This document shows, piece after piece, positions 21,858 to 32,527 of a stretch of 64,000 nt of DNA; within the stretch, counting starts at the first letter, position 1, and each line of letters opens with the position of its first letter. The notes under the pieces were generated by a model that made no database searches, was not told where the DNA came from, and was given only the letters and a program-made list of their open reading frames with translations. The stretch covers positions 1,357-65,356 of the forward strand of contig JABMRT010000088.1 in the NCBI GenBank assembly GCA_013202295.1, written 5' to 3'. The position numbers and the translations under genes were made by a program. This DNA comes from Candidatus Zhuqueibacterota bacterium. Its GTDB lineage: Bacteria; Zhuqueibacterota; QNDG01; JABMRT01.

Positions 21858-23078
21858 TCACTTCAACAGCAACATCTTTTGTGAACCATGGAAAGTGTCG
21901 GTGATCACCCGGCATGTATACACGCCAGAAGGCAATCCACTGGCGTTAAAGGAAAAAATATGCGGCCCGGCTTCGTATGCGCCATCTGCCAGGACGGACA
22001 CAACCCGGCCAAGCAGATCATAGACTTCAATTTTTATTGGACCGGACTCCTGGAGCGAAACAGGAATCGTAGTCATGCTATTGAAGGGATTGGGATAGTT
22101 CGATTCAAGCTGGAATGTGTTCACCTCAGCAATCGGTTCATCCACAGTGGAGTCGGGTTCAAGCCCGGCTATAACACCTGCAATGCCGACCATCAGCTGG
22201 GTTATTTTCTGAAAATAATCAGCATTGAAATGTGTAATCACATCCTCTGGCTCATGATAAAAGTCATTGGTATCGCCAAAAAAGTTTTCATGTAAACCGA
22301 TCGCCGTTTGATCTGCGTCATGAAAGGTCGTTTGATCACTATTAATGCGAATCGATGTCTCGGTTAGAGCCAACCCAATCTTATACTCCAGATTCACATC
22401 CTGAGCAATATCTGAAATTATTTTTGAAGAACCTTTCCCTCCTGTGCCGACCAGTACTACATTATCATCATCTGAATCCCAGGCAATCATATCCAGATTG
22501 ATTACTGAGACAATCTCCTTTTGATCAATGGGAAAACTTTGCATATAGGCCTGGCTTCCCCAATACCCGTATTCTTCCTCATCCCACAATGCGAAGACAA
22601 TTGAATAATCGCATGTCCAATTTGTGAGAATCCGGGCAGCCTCAAGCACAGCCACTACTCCCGAGGCGTTGTCATCCGCACCTGGCGCAACTGCTGCTTG
22701 CGGCATGCTGTCATAATGGGCACACAAGATGATCACCTTATTCGTGTCTACGCTTCCAGGAAGTGTCGCGATTACATTGCGACCTGTGGTACTGTAATCC
22801 TGTAACACAACTGTATATCCCCACTCTTCAAAACATTGCCGTATATAGTCTGCCGCCAATTCATTTCCCGGAAAATTTCTGTTTCGGCTAAGAATCTGCA
22901 CTTGTTCTCCATCAACAATCACATTCACTTCGCCCGTTAACTCACGTGCATATTGCATCATTGAATCAAGATTCACATCATTTATTAATTTCTGAATCGT
23001 AACATCAATTGCGAAAAGCCGTATGGATAACATACAGATGGAGATAGTGGTTAGGAGTGTTTTCTTCAGGATTTTCAT
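21858..23078 (-). CDS. Secreted M28 aminopeptidase with T9SS-type CTD
   Basis: AHYDS, GADDNASG, DEEEYG, NLDMI, SD, YH motifs; YPNPFNS CTD. Confidence 0.9.
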   Translation of the reverse strand: MKILKKTLLTTISICMLSIRLFAIDVTIQKLINDVNLDSMMQYARELTGEVNVIVDGEQVQILSRNRNFPGNELAADYIRQCFEEWGYTVVLQDYSTTGRNVIATLPGSVDTNKVIILCAHYDSMPQAAVAPGADDNASGVVAVLEAARILTNWTCDYSIVFALWDEEEYGYWGSQAYMQSFPIDQKEIVSVINLDMIAWDSDDDNVVLVGTGGKGSSKIISDIAQDVNLEYKIGLALTETSIRINSDQTTFHDADQTAIGLHENFFGDTNDFYHEPEDVITHFNADYFQKITQLMVGIAGVIAGLEPDSTVDEPIAEVNTFQLESNYPNPFNSMTTIPVSLQESGPIKIEVYDLLGRVVSVLADGAYEAGPHIFSFNASGLPSGVYTCRVITDTFHGSQKMLLLK

Positions 23079-23139
23079 TGGCTATTCCATAACTCAATTA
23101 TTAATTGACACCTGCATGTCACAATATAAAAGATTGAAA

Positions 23140-26100
23140 TTAGAATTGCCACAGTAAATGTCCTTCACATCGCACACGGCCTCTTGCATCACCATTGATT
23201 AATATCCCCGGCGTGACGAGGCGACCAGATTGCCTTAGGATGATTTCATATGCGTGCCATATACCGAACCTGTCCCATAATCCAGTAGTATATAGAATCA
23301 GACGTTCCCGCTGACCCAATCCAAAACCGGCCACACCCGTGATACCAGTCAAGGACTCCCCGTCCTCCTCAGTGAAACGGATCTCCCCTCCAATTCGGGA
23401 TATCCGCCGATAATATAATCCGAAGGCCTTCTCCTCCAGCTCGGAATTTCGGATTGATCCGCACAACCGGAACAGTGTGGACCATGCCGGAGACACATGC
23501 CACGAGGTTTGTACTGATCCGCGTTTTCCCTGCAGGATTCGCGTCTCCCAGGATAACTTTCGTGAACGATGAGAAACCGCAAAATCACCGGACAGGATGG
23601 TGCCATATCGACCGTGGGACTCAAATCGCCATTTATCTACATAATAAACTCCGCTGCAGAATCCGGATGGAGAAGATTGTTCATCCCAGCGGGATTGAAC
23701 CGAAGCATATAACGATTTGCTGCTCCAAAATAAGGAGGAGCTGAATTGGGCTGGATTCTCTTGCTTATTCCAGCTTTTATCCAAAGTTGTGTGAATTAGA
23801 AGTTGTGATAAAGCTCGCCAGGACTGGCTCCAGTTCAGACTGGTCAATCCTACAATCTCTTCAGTAATAATACGAAGGGTGGATGCAAATCGCGCGGATC
23901 GAAACATGCCCTGTGTTCGCATCGCCAGAGGTGTCTGTGAATCCGATCTGGAAAAGGCCGTTTCACCAGACCAGTGTGAAGTGACAAATCCAATCATGCC
24001 CGCCTTGTGCCCTGTTTCCTTGTTCCCTGAAATATCCACCCAGGTCCGGCCGTTTTCTTGCATCCGGGTTAAACGCATCTGTGCGGAATGATCATCTTTC
24101 CATTGTTCCACTGTGCCTTGAACATTATAATTGGAATGATTCACTTCAACCGTCGTCAGATGATGTGAATCAAATAGATTTTCATGCATCAGCCAGAGCT
24201 GATCTTCCACAGCCACGCGATGGCGCCGGGCATTGAACTGTCCGTCGCGAAATTCACCCTCCTCATCATAACGAACGGAATGCCCGCCCATATCTTCAGT
24301 CCATGAAAATTGTTGAGGCAGATTGAATCCGGGTTTGCCAGTCTGATTAAACACGCTGTTCATGATGCCTGAAGTTACACCATACAAGTCAGCCGTCCGG
24401 CCGGAGGATCCAAGCTTTTGATCTGTCGCATGGATCGCGGATTGCCCCATCACCTGTACGATTTCATTGCGAAGCTGAGTAAGTTCATCCTGTGATAAAT
24501 TTTGAATAATGGGATCCGGATCATGCAAATTGCCAAGCCGTGTCAAAATCGGCAGATTCTCATAAATCGCTTCATCAGTGCGAACCCGTCCGGATAATAC
24601 ACCCATTTCAAGAATCCCGCCTTGCAAGAAGGAAAAGGAAAGGACACCTTCATTCCATTGATAAGGCGCGTCTTTTTTATTCAGAAGGACAATACCTGGA
24701 TCGGTTGGCAATGTCAAGAATACTTTAATTGAATCCTGAATGAGTAATCCGGATTGTGCAACATCTAAAAATCCATACCAACCGGCTGGATCGAATATCA
24801 GTGTTAAATCCACAGGTATATCGGACTGAAAAACCTTCTCACCATTTATGTTGAGGAAAGTCAAATGTGTGCCGGAAAAGAATCCTTCATCCATTTGCAT
24901 TGGACGGAACACGGCTTCATCTGCATCGCTGGCAAGTTCGGAGCATTCCCACGCACCTTCCGCTGTGATTAAATAATCCGTCCATCCTTTTTGGATTGAA
25001 ACGATCTGCCGTGCCTGCGCTGGACTGTCTGAATGCACCGGGAAAGAGATTGATTCCAATTCGTCTTCACCCGGTTTTTGCGGCAGAAAAACAGTCATCA
25101 TCTTTCTTGTGGCCTCTTGGGAGAAAGTCACGGTGGCGGCAGTGTGTATGCCCTCTTGATCCGGAAGAGTATGCAAACCCTCCTGGAGAGATATAAACGG
25201 GGGTTCGTCTGGATGGAGAAATTCGGCTTCCAGAGCAGCTTGATCAGAACGCCAAATCACGCTGTTGGATTCCACTTGTTCACAAGTTCCCAATCCATGC
25301 CAAGGCAGGGTTACATGAGCGTTCGGATCTGCGTCAATCCGATCCGAGACCACAAAATATCGCTGTCCCACAAATCGCACCTGCCGATGAAACCGGGATG
25401 CCCGGTATTCAGCCAATACGGAGGCATTGGAAATCACAGGAGTCTCAAAATAATCTAAGAGCTGTCCGCCGGATTCGTCACGAACAAGCGGATTTAAATT
25501 GGGACCTTGTCCATTAATCAACGGAATATTATGTGCCTCACCAGACACAAACCATGCCCGGTTATTGGATTTCACACCCTGACGACCATATCCCGCGTCG
25601 ATCAGAAATTTCTGTCCGAAAGCCTGAAGTGTAAACGCCAGCGGTTCGGCATGATCATGACCCGATAAAAAAGGCCTTCCGGGTTCGCCCAGAAACAGAC
25701 CGTAGAGATCAGAATCCTTTCGAAAAATAGCCATGCCTCCATGCGGATAAAATACGGCGCCGTTTCGATTTGGTGTAATCGACAGAACATGATCATCAAA
25801 TCCGCAATAGGTCTCGATCCAGTTTGGGTCGGAAGGATTATAGCGGTCGGCATGGAGCTCGAATCGCGCACGAACTTCGCCGGACTCATCGAGCGATCCG
25901 ACACCGATCGGTAGAAAAAGAAAGCGTTCGGGAAATGCGTCGTCAAAATCGGGAACCGATCCATCGGCATGTTCCAAATCCGCAAGCCATCGCACAAGCC
26001 GTCCCACACGCTTATGCGCAAACAAATTGATATTCGATGTGTTTTGTAAATAATGGAAAAACGGAAATATCCGGGAAGCCACAAAACGTGCATAATAAGC

Positions 26101-26925
26101 GCCTTCGCGATATGAGCCATCCGGTTCAATCTGAGACAGAGCCGCGCGGATCAGATCGAGTGCTGTGTCAAGCCACATCTGTGCCCGGGCATGGCTGGTC
26201 ACAAGAGCGAACGTGCCCAGTCCCGCGCCAATTGCCGCCGCGTGATTGTTCTTGGGAACAAGAATTAAATATCTGTGAATCTGATTCGCTTGAGAAACCA
26301 GCTTCCTTTCGATGGATGCAATTTGGCTGGAAGACAAATGTTCATAAAGTAAATCCAGCGTCACGGCGTATTGCGCCAAGGCATCCGCCGCCTGCATCCA
26401 GTCTCCCCATCCTGTGGAATAAGTGCCTCCTTCAATCGAACGAACCGGATCGGGTTCTGAAATGTGGGACAGCGCGGTGGCTGCGTCCTGCAAATTGGAC
26501 TCAGATCCAGTTAGGAAATAAGCAAACGCGGATCGCTTGGCCATGGAGCTGCGTTCGTATTCTGTGAGTAATGGAGAGGATGGGTCCCGATGATTCGTGT
26601 CAGCACTGCGCAGGATCTGATCTGCCCAATCCGAATAGGGTGTCCGGAATTGACGATCCCGAATTCTCATCGCCTCCGATTGCCTGAATAATAACGCGGG
26701 ATGCCCAATGGATTGTGTTCGATATATTTTCGGAATGGCAAGATGTGTCAGAGGAAGAATTTCATTCAGAGGAATTTCACGATAATTGGCCTGAATCACA
26801 CCATCGATCAGCGCATTGCCCAATCGCTCTATTCGGGAGGATTCCGAAGCCACAGAATCACTGTGGGATAGAATACCCATCCCTATAATCATGCAAAAGA
26901 ATGTGACTCTTTGCTTCACACGCAC
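23140..26925 (-). CDS. Heparinase II/III-like polysaccharide lyase with long beta-rich C-terminal extension
   Basis: KNNHA, PDGSYREGAYY, GHDHAEPLAF, LIDAGY, AHNIPLING motifs; C-terminal ~400 aa of amphipathic strands ending in WQF. Confidence 0.75.
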   Translation of the reverse strand: MRVKQRVTFFCMIIGMGILSHSDSVASESSRIERLGNALIDGVIQANYREIPLNEILPLTHLAIPKIYRTQSIGHPALLFRQSEAMRIRDRQFRTPYSDWADQILRSADTNHRDPSSPLLTEYERSSMAKRSAFAYFLTGSESNLQDAATALSHISEPDPVRSIEGGTYSTGWGDWMQAADALAQYAVTLDLLYEHLSSSQIASIERKLVSQANQIHRYLILVPKNNHAAAIGAGLGTFALVTSHARAQMWLDTALDLIRAALSQIEPDGSYREGAYYARFVASRIFPFFHYLQNTSNINLFAHKRVGRLVRWLADLEHADGSVPDFDDAFPERFLFLPIGVGSLDESGEVRARFELHADRYNPSDPNWIETYCGFDDHVLSITPNRNGAVFYPHGGMAIFRKDSDLYGLFLGEPGRPFLSGHDHAEPLAFTLQAFGQKFLIDAGYGRQGVKSNNRAWFVSGEAHNIPLINGQGPNLNPLVRDESGGQLLDYFETPVISNASVLAEYRASRFHRQVRFVGQRYFVVSDRIDADPNAHVTLPWHGLGTCEQVESNSVIWRSDQAALEAEFLHPDEPPFISLQEGLHTLPDQEGIHTAATVTFSQEATRKMMTVFLPQKPGEDELESISFPVHSDSPAQARQIVSIQKGWTDYLITAEGAWECSELASDADEAVFRPMQMDEGFFSGTHLTFLNINGEKVFQSDIPVDLTLIFDPAGWYGFLDVAQSGLLIQDSIKVFLTLPTDPGIVLLNKKDAPYQWNEGVLSFSFLQGGILEMGVLSGRVRTDEAIYENLPILTRLGNLHDPDPIIQNLSQDELTQLRNEIVQVMGQSAIHATDQKLGSSGRTADLYGVTSGIMNSVFNQTGKPGFNLPQQFSWTEDMGGHSVRYDEEGEFRDGQFNARRHRVAVEDQLWLMHENLFDSHHLTTVEVNHSNYNVQGTVEQWKDDHSAQMRLTRMQENGRTWVDISGNKETGHKAGMIGFVTSHWSGETAFSRSDSQTPLAMRTQGMFRSARFASTLRIITEEIVGLTSLNWSQSWRALSQLLIHTTLDKSWNKQENPAQFSSSLFWSSKSLYASVQSRWDEQSSPSGFCSGVYYVDKWRFESHGRYGTILSGDFAVSHRSRKLSWETRILQGKRGSVQTSWHVSPAWSTLFRLCGSIRNSELEEKAFGLYYRRISRIGGEIRFTEEDGESLTGITGVAGFGLGQRERLILYTTGLWDRFGIWHAYEIILRQSGRLVTPGILINGDARGRVRCEGHLLWQF

Positions 26926-27014
26926 TCAGATGAAAATTTAAGAGTGGGAAAATCAGTCTGCATTTTTAAAACTTGGAAAACCGGGTTATATCTGACAAAT
27001 AACAGGTTTACGAG

Positions 27015-27070
27015 AATGGCCGATGGCCAATCACCAACAGTCACTAACCTCTCACCACTTACCTCTTACC
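27015..27070. repeat. Degenerate heptamer tandem repeat (8 units)
   Basis: AATGGCC GATGGCC AATCACC AACAGTC ACTAACC TCTCACC ACTTACC TCTTACC. Confidence 0.6.
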
Positions 27071-27108
27071 TTGTTCAGATCCGGAATTAAGGAAACGTCA
27101 ACAATAAT

Positions 27109-28176
27109 CTATGGAGCAATATACTTCACATACGATTGTCGCATGCCCTCAAAACAATTCCGGCACATCGGAAACAAGGCACGATCCTGCATGATTTGGA
27201 TTTGAAATTTCCGGCGTTTGTCTCCATCCCACACATCTTTGAAAGAGGATTGGGATTGAAAAGCGTTCCCATACACAAATTCCCCATCCTTGTCAAAACA
27301 GCAAGGAGCAATGAATCCGTCCCAATTGAGCACTGCACCATACCACAGAAATTTACACCAGTTGGGCAAGGTGCTTTTTATACACCGCGACATGCCATTG
27401 AAATCATAGCGCCTGAACGATTTATCCTCAGGGAGGTAAACCTCTGCTTGCTGATCTGAATAAACCTGTGCGCTTTTCAATGAAATAAGATCCACTTCCA
27501 ATTGTCGTCCGAGCTCTAACACATTGTGGATCTGGCCCTCATTATGCTTGAAAACAAGAAATTGCAAATGCACAAGTGGAGACTTTGAGCGGGCTTTCTT
27601 TTTGGCTGAGATAAGATTCCGGATTCCATCCAGGACTGTTTGAAACTGTCCACCCACACGATACTTTTCATACGTTTCCTGATCCATGCCGTCAAGGGAA
27701 ATAATGATCTCATCCAAGCCGGATTCGACCACAGTGCGAGCTTGTTCATCCGTTGTCAGAAAATGACCATTTGTACTTGTCATCGTGGCAATCTGTTTGG
27801 ATTTGGCATACGCCACCATCTCCAGAAACTCAGTATGAATAAATGGCTCACCCTGATTCCAAAATTGAATCAGTAATAGACGATCTCCGATCTGATCAAT
27901 TATTTTTTTGTATTGCGCAACATCCATCCGTCCTCTTGCTCGTGTCATCTCACCCGCACCGGAGGGACACATCGGACATTTCAGGTTGCAGATATTGGTG
28001 GGTTCAACCATCAGCAATGCCGGATCACCCCAGACAATGGGCCGTTTCAGTAAACGACTGACTCCCATGGAAAGTGCGATTCGAAAGAGATTCGTTAGGC
28101 GCTTGATTGTGAAACGAAAGCGATAGATCCTGAATGTGCGCCATAGCATTTTTATCGGATATTGAAACATCTTCAT
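27109..28176 (-). CDS. Radical SAM protein with SPASM/twitch domain
   Basis: CNLKCPMC motif, GEP, STNG, SLDG; C-terminal C..W...G...PCC...GN...C..C. Confidence 0.92.
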   Translation of the reverse strand: MKMFQYPIKMLWRTFRIYRFRFTIKRLTNLFRIALSMGVSRLLKRPIVWGDPALLMVEPTNICNLKCPMCPSGAGEMTRARGRMDVAQYKKIIDQIGDRLLLIQFWNQGEPFIHTEFLEMVAYAKSKQIATMTSTNGHFLTTDEQARTVVESGLDEIIISLDGMDQETYEKYRVGGQFQTVLDGIRNLISAKKKARSKSPLVHLQFLVFKHNEGQIHNVLELGRQLEVDLISLKSAQVYSDQQAEVYLPEDKSFRRYDFNGMSRCIKSTLPNWCKFLWYGAVLNWDGFIAPCCFDKDGEFVYGNAFQSQSSFKDVWDGDKRRKFQIQIMQDRALFPMCRNCFEGMRQSYVKYIAP

Positions 28177-28489
28177 GTGGCCGTATTAATAATTACAGAT
28201 TCTGATAAAAATAAAATACAGGATTTTTTCAATATTATCCAGAGTATTTTTTGGATATGTTATAATTTAAAAAGAGTCTATTAAAGGTTGACTTGCATGA
28301 TGAGGCGTCAAGTATCTCTTGAAAAATATTAGTAGTTTCACCGTGGGACGAAATTTCTATCCTTGATGTCAAAATGACTAATTGTTTCAATTCAGAAAAT
28401 CATAGAGCCCAACTTGGGCACACGGAAAATTATTGATACGATGCAATTAATTAAATACAGACTCGAACCTAATGGTATTCCAATTTCAT

Positions 28490-28966
28490 TTAGAATTTTT
28501 TAATTGCAAACTTCACTTCAATGGAACCCAATCGCGATTGCATGTTAGCAGATAATGTAGCTTGATTCAGTAGATGCATTTCAAATTGGTTTCCTGCAAT
28601 TAGTGAAGGAGTTGTAATAGAAACATCAATATTATTATCAGCAAATTTTTTCATGGTATTTCCTGAAATAATATTCACCAGTTCTCCCAAACCGTCATAG
28701 AGTAAATCATCAAAATCCACAAAGTCTGGAACCCAACTTTGAATCAACTGTTTTGCTGTATCAGATCTCATGCTGTATACAATTATGCCTGTACGGTTAT
28801 AACCAGTAACTCCTGTGATTATTGCAATATCATTATCCGACATTGAATTATTCCAAACAGATATGGTTTGGCGGGTTATATCACAATGAAACATTTTCAA
28901 AAAAACATCCTGGAGTGACTCCAGAAACAGCTCAATAAAATTAGCGTCCACATCTTTTAATTGCAT
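28490..28966 (-). CDS. cheX: Chemotaxis phosphatase CheX (copy 2)
   Basis: DGLGELVNIISG (ExxN), ITTPSLI; start ATG 28966 with AAAGGA RBS. Confidence 0.85.
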   Translation of the reverse strand: MQLKDVDANFIELFLESLQDVFLKMFHCDITRQTISVWNNSMSDNDIAIITGVTGYNRTGIIVYSMRSDTAKQLIQSWVPDFVDFDDLLYDGLGELVNIISGNTMKKFADNNIDVSITTPSLIAGNQFEMHLLNQATLSANMQSRLGSIEVKFAIKKF

Positions 28967-30105
28967 TTGAGATATCCTTTGCAAACTGGTAGAAATATTT
29001 CAAAAGTAGTCCCTTCACCAAAATCGCTATGAACAAATATATATCCGTGAAATCGCTCTATGGCTTCACATGTAAGTGAGAGTCCCATTCCTGATCCTTT
29101 ATCCTCACCCTTGGTTGTGAAGAATGGATTAAATATATTCTTTTGAGTTTCTTCATCCATGCCAATACCATTATCGGTAATGGATAACATAATATATTCT
29201 CCTGGGCGGGGATTTTTCTGTTCAGTACAAGAGTCACTGATTGAAACAATCCGAGATCTTATATTTAACTCACCCACATCCGGCATGGCAGCTTTGGCAT
29301 TCATGCATATATTGTAAATAATTTGTTCAAATGTATATTCATCCATCTCAATGAGACCCTGAGGGGTATGCAAGTCTGTAGTTAAGCGAATCGTATGACC
29401 CATTATGAATGGTAACACAGAGAGTTGATTCATAAGAGTATTTTGGACGTTTGTCTTTTTTGACTCAGAACCTCTGTTCCTTTTTACAACCATGAGAAGC
29501 CGATTTGTTAATTCTGAAGCACGCTGACTCACTTTAAGAACTGTCTGAAGATCTTCATACCCTTGTTGATTTTTGTCCATATCATGGTTCATTAATGCAG
29601 CACATCCCTCAATCACGCTGTGTAAATTATTTAAGTCATGTATTATTCCTCCTGACATTTTACCCAATGTTTTCCAGGAGGATGCACGTAATAATTGATC
29701 TTCAAGATGATATTGTCTTGTTAAATCTTCTAAAAATCCATGAAATCTCGGTAAATGATCATCACTATTAACCATACGTCCGGTCAGTCTGAAAAAGAGT
29801 TTATCCTTTGGATCTCTGGTAATACAGATCTTATAATCATGTATCTCATCTTGCTGAGTGATGTAGTTTAGGAACTCTTGACGTTCAGTTTGATCGGATA
29901 TGATATATTGCCAAATTGAAATATCAATACCTGCCTCGCCTTGTACCAATCCGGTATTTTGCCAGAATGCGGGATTGGCATCGATTCGTTTCCCATATAG
30001 ATTGCATGAGAAGAATGGAATAGGACAGACTTCAGTAAACATACTATCCCACTGAGACATTCTCGGTATAATTGACTTTATTGGCATTCGTACATTCGCG
30101 ATCAC
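28957..30105 (-). CDS. PAS-domain sensor histidine kinase (NtrB-like HisKA/HATPase)
   Basis: HDLNN H-box, NICMNA, DNGIGM, FNPFFTTK, GSGMGL. Confidence 0.9.
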   Translation of the reverse strand: MIANVRMPIKSIIPRMSQWDSMFTEVCPIPFFSCNLYGKRIDANPAFWQNTGLVQGEAGIDISIWQYIISDQTERQEFLNYITQQDEIHDYKICITRDPKDKLFFRLTGRMVNSDDHLPRFHGFLEDLTRQYHLEDQLLRASSWKTLGKMSGGIIHDLNNLHSVIEGCAALMNHDMDKNQQGYEDLQTVLKVSQRASELTNRLLMVVKRNRGSESKKTNVQNTLMNQLSVLPFIMGHTIRLTTDLHTPQGLIEMDEYTFEQIIYNICMNAKAAMPDVGELNIRSRIVSISDSCTEQKNPRPGEYIMLSITDNGIGMDEETQKNIFNPFFTTKGEDKGSGMGLSLTCEAIERFHGYIFVHSDFGEGTTFEIFLPVCKGYLKCN

Positions 30106-30108
30106 GTT

Positions 30109-30519
30109 TTACCAAACCCTTGAACAGGATTCAAGACTCTTTAAAATGGCTGAGCGGACGCGTTCTTTAGTAAATGGTTTGATAATATAATCCTTTGCTC
30201 CAGCAGCAAGGCATTGCTTGAATAGTTTTTCCTGTCTGAGAGATGTAACCACAATAATGACAGCATATGGATCGTAGGCAATGATGGCCCTGGTGGCTTC
30301 GACACCATTCATTTCATCCATCGTGATATCCATGGTTACCACATCAGGCTGGAACTCTTTATAACATTCAACAGCTTGCTGTCCGTTCCTTGCTTCAATT
30401 ATTTCAACATCCCCTTCATTGACAAGCACACTTTTAATGATATTTCTCATCAACCGTGCATCATCTACAATCAGTATCTTGGACACTTTGTTGTTTCCTT
30501 TCATGTTTATTGTGCTCAT
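30109..30519 (-). CDS. cheY: CheY-like response regulator (copy 2)
   Basis: ILIVDD, VTMDITM, VTS, IKPF; start uncertain (ATGA overlap at 30519, or 30504/30486). Confidence 0.88.
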   Translation of the reverse strand: MSTINMKGNNKVSKILIVDDARLMRNIIKSVLVNEGDVEIIEARNGQQAVECYKEFQPDVVTMDITMDEMNGVEATRAIIAYDPYAVIIVVTSLRQEKLFKQCLAAGAKDYIIKPFTKERVRSAILKSLESCSRVW

Positions 30520-30878
30520 TGGTTCACGGTATTTTCTACGCTGGATATTATCCGCTCCTTTGTGAACGGTTTGACAATGTAATCGCTTACACCAGCTTCG
30601 ATACATTCCTGAAGCAGTTTTTCTTGTCCCAAGGATGTAACCATGATAATTTTGGCATTTGAATCATATTCCAGGATTTCTTTGGCCGCTTCAACCCCAT
30701 TCTTTTCTTCCATGGTGATATCCATTGTCACAATGTCCGGTTTTTCTTTTTTATACAACTCGACAGCCTGATGGCCGTTTTCTGCTTCCAATATTCGGTG
30801 ATCACTATCTTCCTGAATTGAATTCTTAATAATATTCCGCATGAGTCGAGCGTCATCAACAATCATAATTGTACCCAT
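30516..30878 (-). CDS. cheY: CheY response regulator (copy 1)
   Basis: IMIVDD, VTMDITM, VTSLGQ, VKPF; GGAGG RBS. Confidence 0.92.
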   Translation of the reverse strand: MGTIMIVDDARLMRNIIKNSIQEDSDHRILEAENGHQAVELYKKEKPDIVTMDITMEEKNGVEAAKEILEYDSNAKIIMVTSLGQEKLLQECIEAGVSDYIVKPFTKERIISSVENTVNQ

Positions 30879-30889
30879 AATATGCCTCC

Positions 30890-31399
30890 TTAGGCTGCAA
30901 TAGTTACGCTGTTTTTTCCATACCGTTTGATAGCAAGGTTGATTTCAATCGTTCCAAATTCAGATAACATATCTGCTGACAGTGTCGTTTGATTTGGTAA
31001 ATGCATTTGGAAAGCATTCCCAAATATGATAGAGGGAGTTGTGATGTCGATATTTATTTCATTCTTAGAAAAATACGTCATCGCACTTCCTGATATAATA
31101 TTGATCACCTCTCCCAGACCATCAAATAATAATTTCAATTTGGAAGATCCTGAATATGTACTATCCAGGTGTTTGATGATTCGTTCAACAGTTTGGGTTT
31201 TCATACTATACACAGCCACGCCAATGTGCTGATTACCCGTTATACCCGTTGTAACAGCCACATCATTATCTTTCAATTGATTACTCCAGGTCGAAAGATG
31301 CCCCCGTGACATATCACTGTTTAAGACCTTTGTAAATGTGGTCTCAACCGATTCCAAGAACAGGTTAATGAAGTTTGCATCTAGTTCTTTAAGACACAT
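30890..31399 (-). CDS. cheX: Chemotaxis phosphatase CheX (copy 1)
   Basis: DGLGEVINIISG, ITTPSII. Confidence 0.85.
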   Translation of the reverse strand: MCLKELDANFINLFLESVETTFTKVLNSDMSRGHLSTWSNQLKDNDVAVTTGITGNQHIGVAVYSMKTQTVERIIKHLDSTYSGSSKLKLLFDGLGEVINIISGSAMTYFSKNEINIDITTPSIIFGNAFQMHLPNQTTLSADMLSEFGTIEINLAIKRYGKNSVTIAA

Positions 31400-31414
31400 G
31401 TAATAACCTCCTGT

Positions 31415-32506
31415 CTATACTTTTATGTGATGCAATATTCTGGGTATAATTTGCTGAAGTGGCACGACTTCATCAACATATCCTGAATTGATCGCAAGCT
31501 TGTTCATTCCAAATATGGTGGATGTTTCCTCATCCTGCGCCAAGACTCGCCCCCCTTTGTTCTTAATTGCTTTTACACCCCTGACACCATCTGAACACAT
31601 CCCTGTCATAATGACGCCAATATTTCGATCCTCCATAACGTCTGCAGTTGATTGCATCAACACATCGATAGAAGGTCGGAACTGTGAGGCATGTCCATTT
31701 TGACTTAATGCAGTCATCAATTTGTTATGCTGCTGGCAGACAGACAGATGATGATCACCCCGTGCAAGATAGACATGGCCATTTTTAATTGGTTGAAGAT
31801 CAGAGGCCTCCATGACCGGAACAGATGCAATGCCATTGATCCGTTCAGCAAGCACTCTTGTAAATCCAACCGGCATATGCTGGACAATTAGAAATGCAGC
31901 TGGAATATTCGAGGGAATTTGGGGAATGATTTCCATCAATGCTTTTGGACCACCTGTTGATACGCCGATGGAAACCACATAATCAAGGTTTGGCCGGATT
32001 GCATTTTTTAGTGGGTAAGACATCTTGTTGGATTTTTCACTACAGACAAGTGAAGGCAGAGTTCGGGTTTTCGGATTTATCCTCTGGACACACACACGAC
32101 TGGCAGTTCGGATCTTGTCAATGATTTTATCCTGAATTTCCTCAACACTCTGTGAAAACATAGGATGAGGTTTTGCGATAAAGTCAACAGCCCCCATATC
32201 GAGAGCTTCAAATGTCAGATCAGCACCGGCTCTGGAATAAGAACTTAACATCACTACCGGAGTTGGCATTTCAGACATGATTCGCTGAAGGGTCTCCAGA
32301 CCGTTCATTTCAGGCATTTCTATATCAAGTGTGATGACATCCGGTTGAAATCTGGCGATTTTATCCAGAGCCATTTTTCCATTATGGGCAGTACCAACCA
32401 GTTCAAATTCAGAATATTTTGATAATATGGCTGTCATGATTTTCCGAATAAGTGGAGAATCATCGACAACCAGGACTCGTATTCTATTTTTGGAACTTGA
32501 ATTCAT
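31415..32506 (-). CDS. cheB: Chemotaxis methylesterase CheB (REC + esterase)
   Basis: VVDDS, TLDIEMP; GVSTGGP, VQHMP, RPSID, MTGMCSDG (Ser-His-Asp triad intact). Confidence 0.96.
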   Translation of the reverse strand: MNSSSKNRIRVLVVDDSPLIRKIMTAILSKYSEFELVGTAHNGKMALDKIARFQPDVITLDIEMPEMNGLETLQRIMSEMPTPVVMLSSYSRAGADLTFEALDMGAVDFIAKPHPMFSQSVEEIQDKIIDKIRTASRVCVQRINPKTRTLPSLVCSEKSNKMSYPLKNAIRPNLDYVVSIGVSTGGPKALMEIIPQIPSNIPAAFLIVQHMPVGFTRVLAERINGIASVPVMEASDLQPIKNGHVYLARGDHHLSVCQQHNKLMTALSQNGHASQFRPSIDVLMQSTADVMEDRNIGVIMTGMCSDGVRGVKAIKNKGGRVLAQDEETSTIFGMNKLAINSGYVDEVVPLQQIIPRILHHIKV

Positions 32507-32527
32507 TAATTGGCTCTATATTTTATA

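Noticed and set aside
27023-27205. Small ORF as a RiPP precursor for the radical SAM/SPASM enzyme
   Set aside because: It is antisense, overlaps the radical SAM 3' end and the heptamer tract, and no transporter, RRE or peptidase partner is adjacent.
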